A stretch of DNA of 63,235 nt, counting the filler, from Octopus bimaculoides (taxonomy: Eukaryota): NCBI RefSeq assembly GCF_001194135.2. It is 5 parts of 5 records of this genome, joined end to end, with 100 filler letters (N's around TTAATTAATTAA, not from the genome) between each part and the next. Parts side by side here need not be neighbours in the genome. Positions count along the whole stretch, not along the records: positions 2,995 to 28,142 come from NC_068983.1; positions 28,243 to 57,231 come from NC_069001.1; 3 more parts are not named here. One strand, given 5' to 3'. How positions within the stretch are numbered: the first letter of the stretch is position 1; each line of letters opens with the position of its first letter. The notes below the pieces were generated by a model that searched no databases, had not been told where the DNA came from, and saw only the letters and a list, made by a program, of their open reading frames with translations. The position numbers and the translations under genes were made by a program. Shown in pieces: positions 25,016 to 37,740 of the stretch.

Positions 25016-25362
25016 TAGTTACATGAAATATTGAAACAGGTGTTTTCCAATCAGAAACCACTCAACCATGAAGTAAGATAGTTGTTTGTTTTCAATGACT
25101 CTATACAAATGGAGCAATGTACCTGTTGTGAGAGCACAATGATAATTTTTGGGGTATTTGTGCAGAATACAAAGCATTTACCTATATTTTGATAACACTA
25201 TCAACATTTGAAATGTTTCCTAAAAGTTATTAATTTATATTTTTATTTTCAAACAACACACAAAGTGTAAGAGAACTGAATAAATAACAACTTTAAGCTA
25301 TACATGAGTCACTTTATTGAAAAAAATTATTATAAAAGAAGAATCTATTTATATCATATATG

Positions 25363-25660
25363 TCAACTGTTGGAGTTAATTTCCTGACTAATGTTGTTAG
25401 ATGTATGACTTTCAATCTGTTCAGATAAAGCAGACTCATCTGTTGAAAGTTCTGGATTTGTTTTAATTTTCCCTTCATTTACAATTGATTCATTATCAAG
25501 CCGTTCCTTTTGATCATTCTCTGAGTTGACTAGCTTTTGCCATTGGTCCAAAAAAACTCTTCTTTCCTCTCCAATACCCTCTTTCCTCCCATCATGGACT
25601 CCAGCCACTAACAAACACACTACAGCAGCATTTTGTTCAGATAGTTGTTTTGACTTTTCC
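25363..25660 (-). CDS. Probable terminal coding exon of an unidentified host gene
   Basis: Acceptor ttttccttgatttatttag|G, phase 2. Reads EKSKQLSEQNAAVVCLLVAGVHDGRKEGIGEERRVFLDQWQKL, then an acidic polar tail and TGA. AATAAA on the minus strand at 25313-25318. Not repeat-like; no family recognised. Confidence 0.6.
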
Positions 25661-26177
25661 CTAAATAAATCAAGGAAAATTTGGTTATCTTTGATAAAAA
25701 AAAATACAAAATAGAATATTTGAATCACACAAATCTGAAATATAAAGAAGTATTTTTAAGCTTTTTGTTATCATATTTTTGTTGAAATATACTGCTTTTG
25801 TTTAAAATAATTCTGAAAATAATGAATAACTTAATAAACTAACTTAGTCATTATTAAGCTGGTGTTTGAAACATAAATTAACATGAAATTTTGTTGGAGG
25901 GATTTAGTTGACATCACTTTAAAACAAGTTCATATAATAGGACCAAGGATGGTCTAAGATAAGTTGATATCAGAAGAGTAACTGCTTCAACATGACATAT
26001 AACTAATAATATAAAGAGCATATAAAATTGTTACTTTTATATTAGTCAATACTAAATTCATAGTAAAGAAAATTAGTAACTGAGGTAATGAATTACAATG
26101 TAGAAGATACAGACTTTAAAAAAACCCAATCAAATTCAGCTTGTATATAAAATTTTGTAGGTACCTAAAACACCTAC

Positions 26178-26225
26178 CTTATATTTAGTTGTCTTTTCAT
26201 TAAGCTGACATCAAAATACATGCAC
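26178..26225 (-). CDS. Candidate 48-nt internal exon (xCMYFDVSLMKRQLNIR)
   Basis: aag|G acceptor and AAG|gtaggt donor. Only the phase-2 frame is open, which matches the phase of the terminal exon. Confidence 0.3.
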
Positions 26226-26412
26226 CTTTAATTAGTATCCAATAAAATACACTGGAGTTTAATGACTCACAGTGTATCTAACAATTATTTCATTATAAGT
26301 TTCTACTAATTATCATTTCATTATAATGTGTTTCCTAGATAATGTTTGTTAAAAGTTAATAGTAGTAAGTTGATCATGAACAATACAAATAATGCTGTCA
26401 TAATTAAACAAT

Positions 26413-26801
26413 GTGGAGGCGCAATGGCCCAATGGTTAGGGCAGCGGACTCGCGGTCATAGGATCGTGGTTTCGATTCCCAGACCGGGCGTTGTAAGTGT
26501 TTATTGAGCAAAAACACCTAAAGCTCCACGAGGCTCCAGCAGGGGATGGTGGTAAACTCTGCTGTACTCTTTCACCACAATTTTCTCTCACTCTTTCTTC
26601 CTGTTTCTGTTGTACCTATATTTCAAAGGGACCAGCCTTGTCACACTGTGTCATGCTGAATATCCCCGAGAACTACGTTATGGCTACACGTGTCTGTGGA
26701 GTGCTCAGTCACTTGCATGCTAATTTCACGAGCAGGCTGTTCCGTTGATTGGATTAACTGGAACCCTCGACGTCGTAAGCGACGGAGTGCCAACAACAAC
26801 A
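26413..26801 (+). mobile_element. Young tRNA-derived SINE, family B
   Basis: Same as 17866 with a (caa)n tail. 11-bp TSD aattaaacaat (26402-26412 / 26802-26812). Confidence 0.93.
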
Positions 26802-27554
26802 AATTAAACAATATTAATTTAATGTAAACAATTTATACAGCAAAGAATCATGATGTTGATCATGACCATAAAACAAATTGACAGGGCTCTGATATTAAAT
26901 AGTGTTAAACATTTATAGTATGCAACTTAAAAGGCTCCATTTCTCTAGGATTGGCCAAGTGATGTAGGCCCTCTGACATGACCCCAATAAGGGCCGGAAA
27001 TCTATTAAGGCTGTTTGTCATTTTTTTCAATCTACAGGTAAATTTGACATGTATTTATAACTACTATGTATATATGTATACATATATATTTGGGAATACT
27101 TGGTTAGAAATATGATAATGACTATATTTGTTAGTGTTGCTGTAGCTTTTTTCCTATGTAAATAATGTTAAAGGACTTTGTAAGTCAATTTATAAAATAA
27201 GATTAAAAAACTACAATAGTAGTGAGACAATAAGATAGCCTCTACATTATCACTTAGCTTACAAAAATCTTTCTTAAACCATATATTGTCTTAAAAAAAG
27301 GACATGCATATGATCCAGGTTACCGTGTCATTGTTAAAATTGATGGTACACATGACTTGAATGCTATTGATGCAGATCTGTTTGATCAGGGGTGATTAGA
27401 TACTAAACAAAAACAAATACAATGAAAGAAAATAGGCATTGGAGGAGTGATGCATACCCTGTGCACAGATAGATTTTTTCTCAAATTATAGTGTGACTTA
27501 CCATACATTGTTTACCCACGCATTTAATTGAACTGAATTAATTTTTTTTTTAAC

Positions 27555-28080
27555 TATCACCATTATAGGTATTTACATTCCGGTGAAATTAAGAAATCGA
27601 CTTGTAAATATATGGAACCCTCAAACCCATCAGTGTATACACACACACAGTTGTGTATTTATGTAAGTATGTATATACCCACATGTGTCTACATCATGAT
27701 CTATACACACACAGACAAAGGTGGCTTCATATGAAAAAGAAAGTGAACAAATAAATATAACCACTTGCTTATTGAGAAATTTGTAAGTTCAATTTTTTAA
27801 AATTTTCTTTTTGTTTTTCTTTTAAGTATCACAATTATACTCTGGTGAAATTAAGAAATCAAGTTGTAAATAAATGAAACCCTCAAATCCATCAGTGTAC
27901 ACACACACACACACACACACAAACAGTTGCATATCTATGTATGTATGTACCCACACATGTCTATATGCACAGGCAACAGGTACACCATGATCTATATACA
28001 TGCAGGCAAGGGTCGATTCATATGGAAAAGAAAGTGAACAAAACATGACCACTTGCTTATCAGGAAATTTGTAAGTTCAG
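27555..28080 (+). repeat. Local tandem duplication, unit ~270-290 bp
   Basis: ggtgaaattaagaaatc, ccctcaaa.ccatcagtgta, gaaaa.gaaagtgaacaaa and ccacttgcttat..gaaatttgtaagttca each occur twice in the same order. Confidence 0.9.
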
Positions 28081-28085
28081 TTGTT

Positions 28086-28119
<34 letters not shown>

Positions 28120-29574
28120 CATATATATATACATATATATATNNNNNNNNNNNNNNNNNNNNNNNNNNNNNNNNNNNNNNNNNNNNTTAATTAATTAANN
28201 NNNNNNNNNNNNNNNNNNNNNNNNNNNNNNNNNNNNNNNNNNTATCAATGTATCTATTTAAAGAAACGATGCCAACGTAAGGAATAGGAAAACAAAAATA
28301 AACCTAAAAAAAAATAAACTTTTGAACTTAATGGTTAACTTGAGGGAAAGGAATTGGAAATGAAACAAACACACACACACACACACACTGACCTGCATCT
28401 ACATGTTTTAAATATACACAAATACACACACGCATATATAAACAAAGGCACACACGTACATACACCCACACACACAGGACTCATGCTCAAAACACGACCG
28501 ACACGAATGCTTACACGGAAGCAAAGCACAGCATAAAATATTTTAATTAACTGATTAATCAAGCATCATATATGAGTCTTAAATTGAAATACAAGTCGAA
28601 ACATGTCACACACACACATGTGTGTGTACGTATATATATATATATATATATGTGAGTATGTGTGGGTGTGTGTAATTTTATTACTTAACATCTGGCTGTT
28701 TACATTGCTAACAAAAACAACCAACCAAACAAGAATGAAACAGAAATGATATGCAAACAACCTGACTAATTTTCTACTTTTATTTATTAGAAACAAAATG
28801 GCCAAATGGTTAGAGGCGTTGGCTTATGATCTCAGAGACCTGGGTTTCAAATTACCAGCAAGGCATTTCATTTTATCTCCCCTTTGATATGTATTTCAGA
28901 GGAAGAACTTCTTTCTTGTCCTGTCTTGTAACGGTATTCATCCAGCTGCTATTGAGTTTGCCGTATCACAGGTCAATGCACGTTCGTCTGTCCATGCATG
29001 TCTGTCAGTGACCGATTTTGCAGCGTGCCAAATCCATTCCTGATTCAGGAAGTGGTGACAAACTAAATGGAATGTTAGACCTACTGTCTAAAACAAGTGG
29101 TCAGTGTATCAGATCTTTGCAAGTCACCCCAGGTTTTGGTGATACAAGGGAAACTGATGTCCAGTTGGTAAAAAGAAGAAATACCAGGTCAATGCCCATT
29201 TCTCTGCAAGCATTGACCTGCAGAAAAACCTACGGGAGAGGGGTGGATGGCAAAAGGGAACGGGGTACTTAGTTCAAATGCTTTTAACAGCTCAGTAAAT
29301 CCTTCTCCCATCAGAGGACTGGGGCAAGGTTTTAACACCAGGTACTGGTGTTAAAATGTATGCCATGTTAGCCATAGCAGACAGAAATGTGTTGAGCAGT
29401 CAGTATTCTTCTCATGGAACAACATCACAAGACAGTGAGGGAGTCCGGTCACTGAACATGTATGAAATAACAGCCAAACCTTCCACAGATCACATCGTGT
29501 TGTATCACTTTAACAACTTTGAATGAATCTGAATTCTGAAATAAGTAAAACTTACACCTAACATGTTGTGAAGA

Positions 29575-29900
29575 CACATGGCTCGGTGGTTAGTGTATTC
29601 GGCTTACAATCACGAGGTACTGAGTTCAATCCCCAGGCCAAGCTGTGTGTTGTGTTCTTGAGCAAGACACTTCATTTCACGTTGCTCCAGTTCATTCATC
29701 TGTAGAAATGAGTTGTGAAGGCCAAGCTGTATCGGCCCCTTTGCCTTTCCCTTGGACATCAGTGGCGTGGAGAGGGGGGGGGCGGGTGTTTGGTATGCAT
29801 GGGTGACTGCTGGTCTTCTATCAAACAAATTTGTCTGGACTTGTCCCTTGGAGGGGAACTTTCTAGGTGCAATTCCACAGTTATTCATGACTGAAGGGGG
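29575..29900 (+). mobile_element. tRNA-headed SINE, family E, with core gtgttcttgagcaagacact
   Basis: A-box tggctcggtgg and B-box gagttcaatcc. The 3' part is shared with 45230-45335. Confidence 0.8.
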
Positions 29901-29935
29901 TTTTTACGCTTTTACACCTGACACATTGAACTTAC

Positions 29936-29987
29936 CTGCTTTTCAATCTTGCTCTTTTGCATGTTTGCAGGATAATCATCAGGTATG
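29936..29987 (-). CDS. Candidate 52-nt coding exon (xIPDDYPANMQKSKIEKQ)
   Basis: Strong acceptor tatttgttgtttttgtag and consensus donor CAG|gtaagt; open in phase 2 to 0. Confidence 0.5.
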
Positions 29988-30127
29988 CTACAAAAACAAC
30001 AAATATAGAAATAAATATATGCTGCAACAATAACAAAACACATTCATATATACATAGCAACATACATATGGTCTAGTGGTTGGGGTGTTGCACTCGCAAT
30101 TGCAAGATTGTGGATTCAATTCCCAGA

Positions 30128-30768
30128 CTAAGCCCTATGTATATATATATATATATATATANNNNNNNNNNNNNNNNNNNNNNNNNNNNNNNNNNNNNNN
30201 NNNNNNNNNNNNNNNNNNNNNNNNNNNNNNNNNNNNNNNNNNNNNNNNNNNNNNNNNNNNNNNNNNNNNNNNNNNNNNNNNNNNNNNNNNNNNNNNNNNN
30301 NNNNNNNNNNNNNNNNNNNNNNNNNNNNNNNNNNNNNNNNNNNNNNNNNNNNNNNNNNNNNNNNNNNNNNNNNNNNNNNNNNNNNNNNNNNNNNNNNNNN
30401 NNNNNNNNNNNNNNNNNNNNNNNNNNNNNNNNNNNNNNNNNNNNNNNNNNNNNNNNNNNNNNNNNNNNNNNNNNNNNNNNNNNNNNNNNNNNNNNNNNNN
30501 NNNNNNNNNNNNNNNNNNNNNNNNNNNNNNNNNNNNNNNNNNNNNNNNNNNNNNNNNNNNNNNNNNNNNNNNNNNNNNNNNNNNNNNNNNNNNNNNNNNN
30601 NNNNNNNNNNNNNNNNNNNNNNNNNNNNNNNNNNNNNNNNNNNNNNNNNNNNNNNNNNNNNNNNNNNNNNNNNNNNNNNNNNNNNNNNNNNNNNNNNNNN
30701 NNNNNNNNNNNNNNNNNNNNNNNNNNNNNNNNNNNNNNNNNNNNNNNNNNNNNNNNNNNNNNNNNNNN

Positions 30769-30808
<40 letters not shown>

Positions 30809-30910
30809 CACACACACAAACACATATGCACACATATACATACAATGATGCATAAACTCACACCCACATACCTACACATACAGATACACACATAAGTAAT
30901 CTAAATGAGA

Positions 30911-30956
<46 letters not shown>

Positions 30957-31034
30957 NNNNNNNNNNNNNNNNNNNNNNNNNNNNNNNNNNNNNNNNNNNN
31001 NNNNNNNNNNNNNNNNNNNNNNNNNNNNNNNNNN

Positions 31035-31123
<89 letters not shown>

Positions 31124-31233
31124 GAGAGAACAGAAAGGCAGGTAAGTAGAGAGATGATTGCTCAGACAACTGATGGACAGACAGCAAGATGGATGAATAG
31201 ATACTAGATAGACAGAGAGAAAAGTACAGAAAG

Positions 31234-31321
<88 letters not shown>

Positions 31322-31471
31322 GTATGAATGTGTGTATGTATGTATGTGTGTATGCCTGTATGTATGTGCATATGTATGAATGTGTGTGTGTATCGTTTTT
31401 GTAGCGAGTGTAATTAATTAGGAAATAAAAATGCAGAACAAAGTGGAAAGATTCAATAATCTAATTAACAA

Positions 31472-31515
<44 letters not shown>

Positions 31516-31556
31516 TGATGATGATGATAACAATAACAACAATGACAATGATGATG

Positions 31557-31595
<39 letters not shown>

Positions 31596-32134
31596 TATCA
31601 ACCACAGCAACAACAATAATTGACTAAGTAATAGAAATGATATATGTACAACAAAATGCAAAAAAAAAAAAATCCATTTAAAAATGGACATGTTTCTTTA
31701 TTTTTTTATTGTTTCACTTCTTATTGTAAAAAGAGATGAAAGATTTGTTTCATTGCTTTTCCTCCTCTCTTCCCTCTCCTCTCCNNNNNNNNNNNNNNNN
31801 NNNNNNNNNNNNNNNNNNNNNNNNNNNNNNNNNNNNNNNNNNNNNNNNNNNNNNNNNNNNNNNNNNNNNNNNNNNNNNNNNNNNNNNNNNNNNNNNNNNN
31901 NNNNNNNNNNNNNNNNNNNNNNNNNNNNNNNNNNNNNNNNNNNNNNNNNNNNNNNTGTGTGTGTGTGTGTGTGTATTATATGTATATTAGATACTATACA
32001 TATTTCATAAATGAATTATATATATATACATATACACACACATGCATACATACATACATACATATATATATATATATCAGAGAAACTCTATATTACATTT
32101 TGTTAAACATTGCTTTTTTATGCATTTGATCTGC

Positions 32135-32171
<37 letters not shown>

Positions 32172-32226
32172 TATATATTCTTTTACTTGTTTCAGTCGTT
32201 TGACTGTGGCCATGTACATACATACC

Positions 32227-32274
<48 letters not shown>

Positions 32275-32437
32275 CACATACAAGCATTTATAAAATAGTT
32301 TCTAATAAACATCATAAATAGAATATATATATATACACATCCATACAGGTACACATACACACCCACATGTATCTCTCTCTCTCTCTCCCTCTCTACACAC
32401 ACACATAAATGCATGCATGCATACGTATATATTTGCC

Positions 32438-32482
<45 letters not shown>

Positions 32483-33271
32483 TACGCATACAAGTATGTG
32501 CTGGCATATCTGTCTACTGGATGGTGCTATCACATAGCTGGAAAATGCAATAAAGTGTAGGAATTGTACTCAATACTGTTGACTTGAGTGGAATATTATT
32601 AACTTAATTACCTCAGCTTTGAGCAAATATAAGCCATCCGCCCCTACATCTATCTGTCTGTCTTTCTGTTTACCTATGTAACCTGCTGCCTATTNNNNNN
32701 NNNNNNNNNNNNNNNNNNNNNNNNNNNNNNNNNNNNNNNNNNNNNNNNNNNNNNNNNNNNNNNNNNNNNNNNNNNNNNNNNNNNNNNNNNNNNNNNNNNN
32801 NNNNNNNNNNNNNNNNNNNNNNNNNNNNNNNNNNNNNNNNNNNNNNNNNNNNNNNNNNNNNNNNNNNNNNNNNNNNNNNNNNNNNNNNNNNNNNNNNNNN
32901 NNNNNNNNNNNNNNNNNNNNNNNNNNNNNNNNNNNNNNNNNNNNNNNNNNNNNNNNNNNNNNNNNNNNNNNNNNNNNNNNNNNNNNNNNNNNNNNNNNNN
33001 NNNNNNNNNNNNNNNNNNNNNNNNNNNNNNNNNNNNNNNNNNNNNNNNNNNNNNNNNNNNNNNNNNNNNNNNNNNNNNNNNNNNNNNNNNNNNNNNNNNN
33101 NNNNNNNNNNNNNNNNNNNNNNNNNNNNNNNNNNNNNNNNNNNNNNNNNNNNNNNACACACACAAGCTATGTACCTGCCTATCTTTGTCTGTCTGTCTCT
33201 ATCACTCTCTCTCTCTCTCTGTATATATATATATATATATATATATAAGCGTATATATACACGTGTATATG

Positions 33272-33303
<32 letters not shown>

Positions 33304-33400
33304 TATATTAAAACGTATACATACACGTGTATGTGTATGTGTGTGTGTATCTATACATGGGGAGAGGGAAGGTTGAGGGTGTGATTAAATTCTGACATAG
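30128..33400. repeat. Microsatellite-dense, gapped block: (TA)n, (GA)n, (TATG)n, (AAT)n, (CA)n
   Basis: Direct inspection. Confidence 0.9.
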
Positions 33401-34282
33401 TGGCAGAGGTGAAGATGTCAGGATGGAGGATGCTGGCAGTTGGTGGTGGTGGCAATGGTGTGTGTGTGTGTGTATGGGGGTGGGGGTGAGATCTGATTAT
33501 TACAGAGTTCAACTAAGTTTGATCCAATTTGCTAAGGTTTCTGTACAAAATTAACCAGGTTATAGGTTAGCAATGGTTTATCGGTTGAAAGTGGGGTGGG
33601 GGGCTTCAATCTCTCACCCCCACCACCCGCATCTTAAAATTCAGGCCTTCCTCAATCTGCTACCATGTCACCACATATACCACCACCACCATGATCACTA
33701 TAACCACCACCACCACCATTACTGTAACCGCCACCACTACCACCACCACAGGTACCATCACAGTACCACCATGACCATTAACAAAGCCCCTGCCACCATA
33801 CTATCATCATCATCACAACCACCACCATAACTATTACTACCAACTACCTCAACCACTTCACCATCCTATTACTACCAACTACCACTTCACCATCATCATA
33901 ACAACCAGCACCTTCACCACTACAACTATAGCACAATCACCACCACCACTACCACCTAGCATAACAATCTCTAAAGCCACCACTACTACTATGCAAAAAA
34001 AAAGGAGAATTTGGTTGGTTCCACCAGTGAGAAATTGCAATGGAGAGAGAGAGAGAGAATGGTTGGTTCTGGTTGATTCATGTGTAGAAATGGTTGAGTC
34101 ATATTTCTGTATGTATGATAAGGAGTAAATATTCAAAAGTGAATATTTATATAGATATTATTATTGTTATTATTATCTGCAGTAAATATAAATAATTGAC
34201 AATAATAGAAATGGTTGCAGGCATTAGATAGCTGAGGATTTTAACTCCACCTTGGGCAAGTGTCTTCTACTATAGCCTCAGG

Positions 34283-34348
<66 letters not shown>

Positions 34349-34550
34349 AATGCTTGAAGTGAGGAGTAGATAGACAGTCGACAACTGATGAAGGGTCGTT
34401 CTTTATGTTACTTGTCCTGTTTCCCATTTGTTTCCCTCATTATTTGTGTATTGAACTAATTTGTTTTAGTATTTCATGTTGTTTACTGTTGGTGACATCC
34501 TGTACCCATATATGCATATGTACTTATATATATATACATATATACATAAT

Positions 34551-34581
<31 letters not shown>

Positions 34582-34691
34582 CAGTTTATAGATCCAATAG
34601 AGGGAGAATCAAAAAAAGATGTATTCCATCCAGTAAGAGATAAATATCAATTTAGAATACACAACCGAAAGAACCACTAATAGTTCCATGA

Positions 34692-34861
34692 TTTTATGAT
34701 ACTTTTTAAATTGGCACATTTATAAAATATGATGTGTATCTTCAAGTAATCTTTTAGGCTCTGTTTATGTGTTAGATATAGTTTAAAAAACTAGGATGCT
34801 GCGAAGAAGTTTGATGCAAAAAATGGAACGAGAATTAAAAAAAATCGAAAGCAAGAAAATT

Positions 34862-34896
<35 letters not shown>

Positions 34897-34981
34897 GATC
34901 TAACATATAAACAGAGCATGAAAGATTGCCTGGAGATATGTGTTGTATTTTATAAATGTGCCTCTTTAAAGTAGCATAAAA
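34692..34981. repeat. Inverted repeat with ~90-bp arms (MITE-like)
   Basis: ggcacatttataaaata...aatcttt..gctctgtttat.tgttagat (34692-34781) matches the reverse complement of 34894-34981. Confidence 0.85.
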
Positions 34982-35884
34982 GCATGAAACTGTTAGTAGC
35001 TCTTTTGGGTGTGTATNNNNNNNNNNNNNNNNNNNNNNNNNNNNNNNNNNNNNNNNNNNNNNNNNNNNNNNNNNNNNNNNNNNNNNNNNNNNNNNNNNNN
35101 NNNNNNNNNNNNNNNNNNNNNNNNNNNNNNNNNNNNNNNNNNNNNNNNNNNNNNNNNNNNNNNNNNNNNNNNNNNNNNNNNNNNNNNNNNNNNNNNNNNN
35201 NNNNNNNNNNNNNNNNNNNNNNNNNNNNNNNNNNNNNNNNNNNNNNNNNNNNNNNNNNNNNNNNNNNNNNNNNNNNNNNNNNNNNNNNNNNNNNNNNNNN
35301 NNNNNNNNNNNNNNNNNNNNNNNNNNNNNNNNNNNNNNNNNNNNNNNNNNNNNNNNNNNNNNNNNNNNNNNNNNNNNNNNNNNNNNNNNNNNNNNNNNNN
35401 NNNNNNNNNNNNNNNNNNNNNNNNNNNNNNNNNNNNNNNNNNNNNNNNNNNNNNNNNNNNNNNNNNNNNNNNNNNNNNNNNNNNNNNNNNNNNNNNNNNN
35501 NNNNNNNNNNNNNNNNNNNNNNNNNNNNNNNNNNNNNNNNNNNNNNNNNNNNNNNNNNNNNNNNNNNNNNNNNNNNNNNNNNNNNNNNNNNNNNNNNNNN
35601 NNNNNNNNNNNNNNNNNNNNNNNNNNNNNNNNNNNNNNNNNNNNNNNNNNNNNNNNNNNNNNNNNNNNNNNNNNNNNNNNNNNNNNNNNNNNNNNNNNNN
35701 NNNNNNNNNNNNNNNNNNNNNNNNNNNNNNNNNNNNNNNNNNNNNNNNNNNNNNNNNNNNNNNNNNNNNNNNNNNNNNNNNNNNNNNNNNNNNNCTGTAA
35801 ATTTATAAAAGAAGATGGAATGAAAAGGCTTTAATTACAAAGTGCAACAATTGTTTCTGTGCAATGACAGCAGTTGCTAATTGC

Positions 35885-36440
35885 TGAACCCACACACCTA
35901 TCTATCTACCCATCATCCATCTGTCCACCCTTCTATCCGGCTGTCTTCCCATCCATCCATCCATCCTCCCACCCACACACCTATCTATCTACCCACCCAT
36001 CCATCCATCCGTCCTCCCTCCCATCCATCCACCCACACCTATCTGTCTACCCAACCATCTATCCACCCTTCCATCCGTCCACCCACCCACCCGTCCGTCC
36101 GGCCATCCATCCATCCTCCTCCTCTTATCCATCCAGCCACACACTTATCTACCTACCCACCCATCTATCCATCCTCCCATCCACCCACCTACACATCCAT
36201 CCATCCTCCCATCCATCCAGTCACACACCTATCTACCTACCCACCCATCTATCCAGCCTTCCATCCATCTATCTGTCCAGCTTCCCATCCATCCATCTAT
36301 CCACCCTCACATCAATCCACCCAGTCACACACCCAGCTGTTACCTAGGTCACTTCCCCACAGGGTTGTACATCCAGGTCATCCATCCAAACATGCACTTA
36401 ACCACCATCCAGTCATCCATCCACCCCTATTGTCTCACTA
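35885..36440. repeat. Degenerate (CCAT)n / ccacccacacacctatcta compound satellite
   Basis: Direct inspection; explains the HPSI/PPTH ORFs. Confidence 0.9.
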
Positions 36441-37520
36441 ACCTCTTAGTCTCTCTGCTGTCATCACAATAAACTACACATTACCTTAAAATAACAATTT
36501 GCAAAGACAGGTTGCAACAAGTCTCTCTCTCTCTTTCTCTCTCCTTGCTGGTGGTTTTCTGTTACTGACTGTGTGTGTATGTGCGCACGCATGTGTGTGT
36601 GTGTGTGTGTGTGTGTNNNNNNNNNNNNNNNNNNNNNNNNNNNNNNNNNNNNNNNNNNNNNNNNNNNNNNNNNNNNNNNNNNNNNNNNNNNNNNNNNNNN
36701 NNNNNNNNNNNNNNNNNNNNNNNNNNNNNNNNNNNNNNNNNNNNNNNNNNNNNNNNNNNNNNNNNNNNNNNNNNNNNNNNNNNNNNNNNNNNNNNNNNNN
36801 NNNNNNNNNNNNNNNNNNNNNNNNNNNNNNNNNNNNNNNNNNNNNNNNNNNNNNNNNNNNNNNNNNNNNNNNNNNNNNNNNNNNNNNNNNNNNNNNNNNN
36901 NNNNNNNNNNNNNNNNNNNNNNNNNNNNNNNNNNNNNNNNNNNNNNNNNNNNNNNNNNNNNNNNNNNNNNNNNNNNNNNNNNNNNNNNNNNNNNNNNNNN
37001 NNNNNNNNNNNNNNNNNNNNNNNNNNNNNNNNNNNNNNNNNNNNNNNNNNNNNNNNNNNNNNNNNNNNNNNNNNNNNNNNNNNNNNNNNNNNNNNNNNNN
37101 NNNNNNNNNNNNNNNNNNNNNNNNNNNNNNNNNNNNNNNNNNNNNNNNNNNNNNNNNNNNNNNNNNNNNNNNNNNNNNNNNNNNNNNNNNNNNNNNNNNN
37201 NNNNNNNNNNNNNNNNNNNNNNNNNNNNNNNNNNNNNNNNNNNNNNNNNNNNNNNNNNNNNNNNNNNNNNNNNNNNNNNNNNNNNNNNNNNNNNNNNNNN
37301 NNNNNNNNNNNNNNNNNNNNNNNNNNNNNNNNNNNNNNNNNNNNNNNNNNNNNNNNNNNNNNNNNNNNNNNNNNNNNNNNNNNNNNNNNNNNNNNNNNNN
37401 NNNNNNNNNNNNNNNNNNNNNNNNNNNNNNNNNNTATATACACCACTTAAAAAAAACTGACCACTGTTTGGTCAGTTTAAAGTTTGACCAGTTCAAAAAT
37501 CTACCTAATTTAAAGTTCAA

Positions 37521-37740
37521 CCCTTTTGCGTTCAGATTACTGTTAAATGCAGTTCTTATTTACTCAGATTGTTTTGAATTAATCTTGAATTATCTCAGTT
37601 TTGAGATTCCAATGATATGATTGTTTATTTTTAGAATGATATTGTAGGGTAGGTGTGGGAGGCTGGATATGGCCAGTTTGGACATAAAACAGGCAAAATA
37701 TTTGAGCCCGGATACAGCTGATTTAAATGTTTAAATGATT
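37521..37740 (+). mobile_element. Possible piggyBac-type non-autonomous element, degenerate
   Basis: Starts tcaa|cccttt, resembling TTAA|CCCTT. The body resembles an abundant octopus repeat as I recall it; the 3' TIR is eroded. Confidence 0.4.

Noticed and set aside
25182-25219. 38-nt minus segment with a good acceptor and donor downstream of the terminal exon
   Set aside because: Lies past the stop and poly(A) signal, with no phase-compatible donor identified.
25560-25660. Superficial resemblance of SEQ..VCLL...D.R...E.R to my recollection of the SLX4IP N-terminus
   Set aside because: Few identities, from memory only, and in the wrong position (here it is in a terminal exon); no gene symbol assigned.
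28900-29280. Possible LINE endonuclease remnant on the minus strand (RNGH*...QLDISFP..TKTW)
   Set aside because: Similarity too weak to support as a feature without alignment.
37454-37478. Perfect 10-bp hairpin aaactgacca-ctgtt-tggtcagttt
   Set aside because: No CTRR Helitron end follows; expected by chance at this scale; terminators do not apply.
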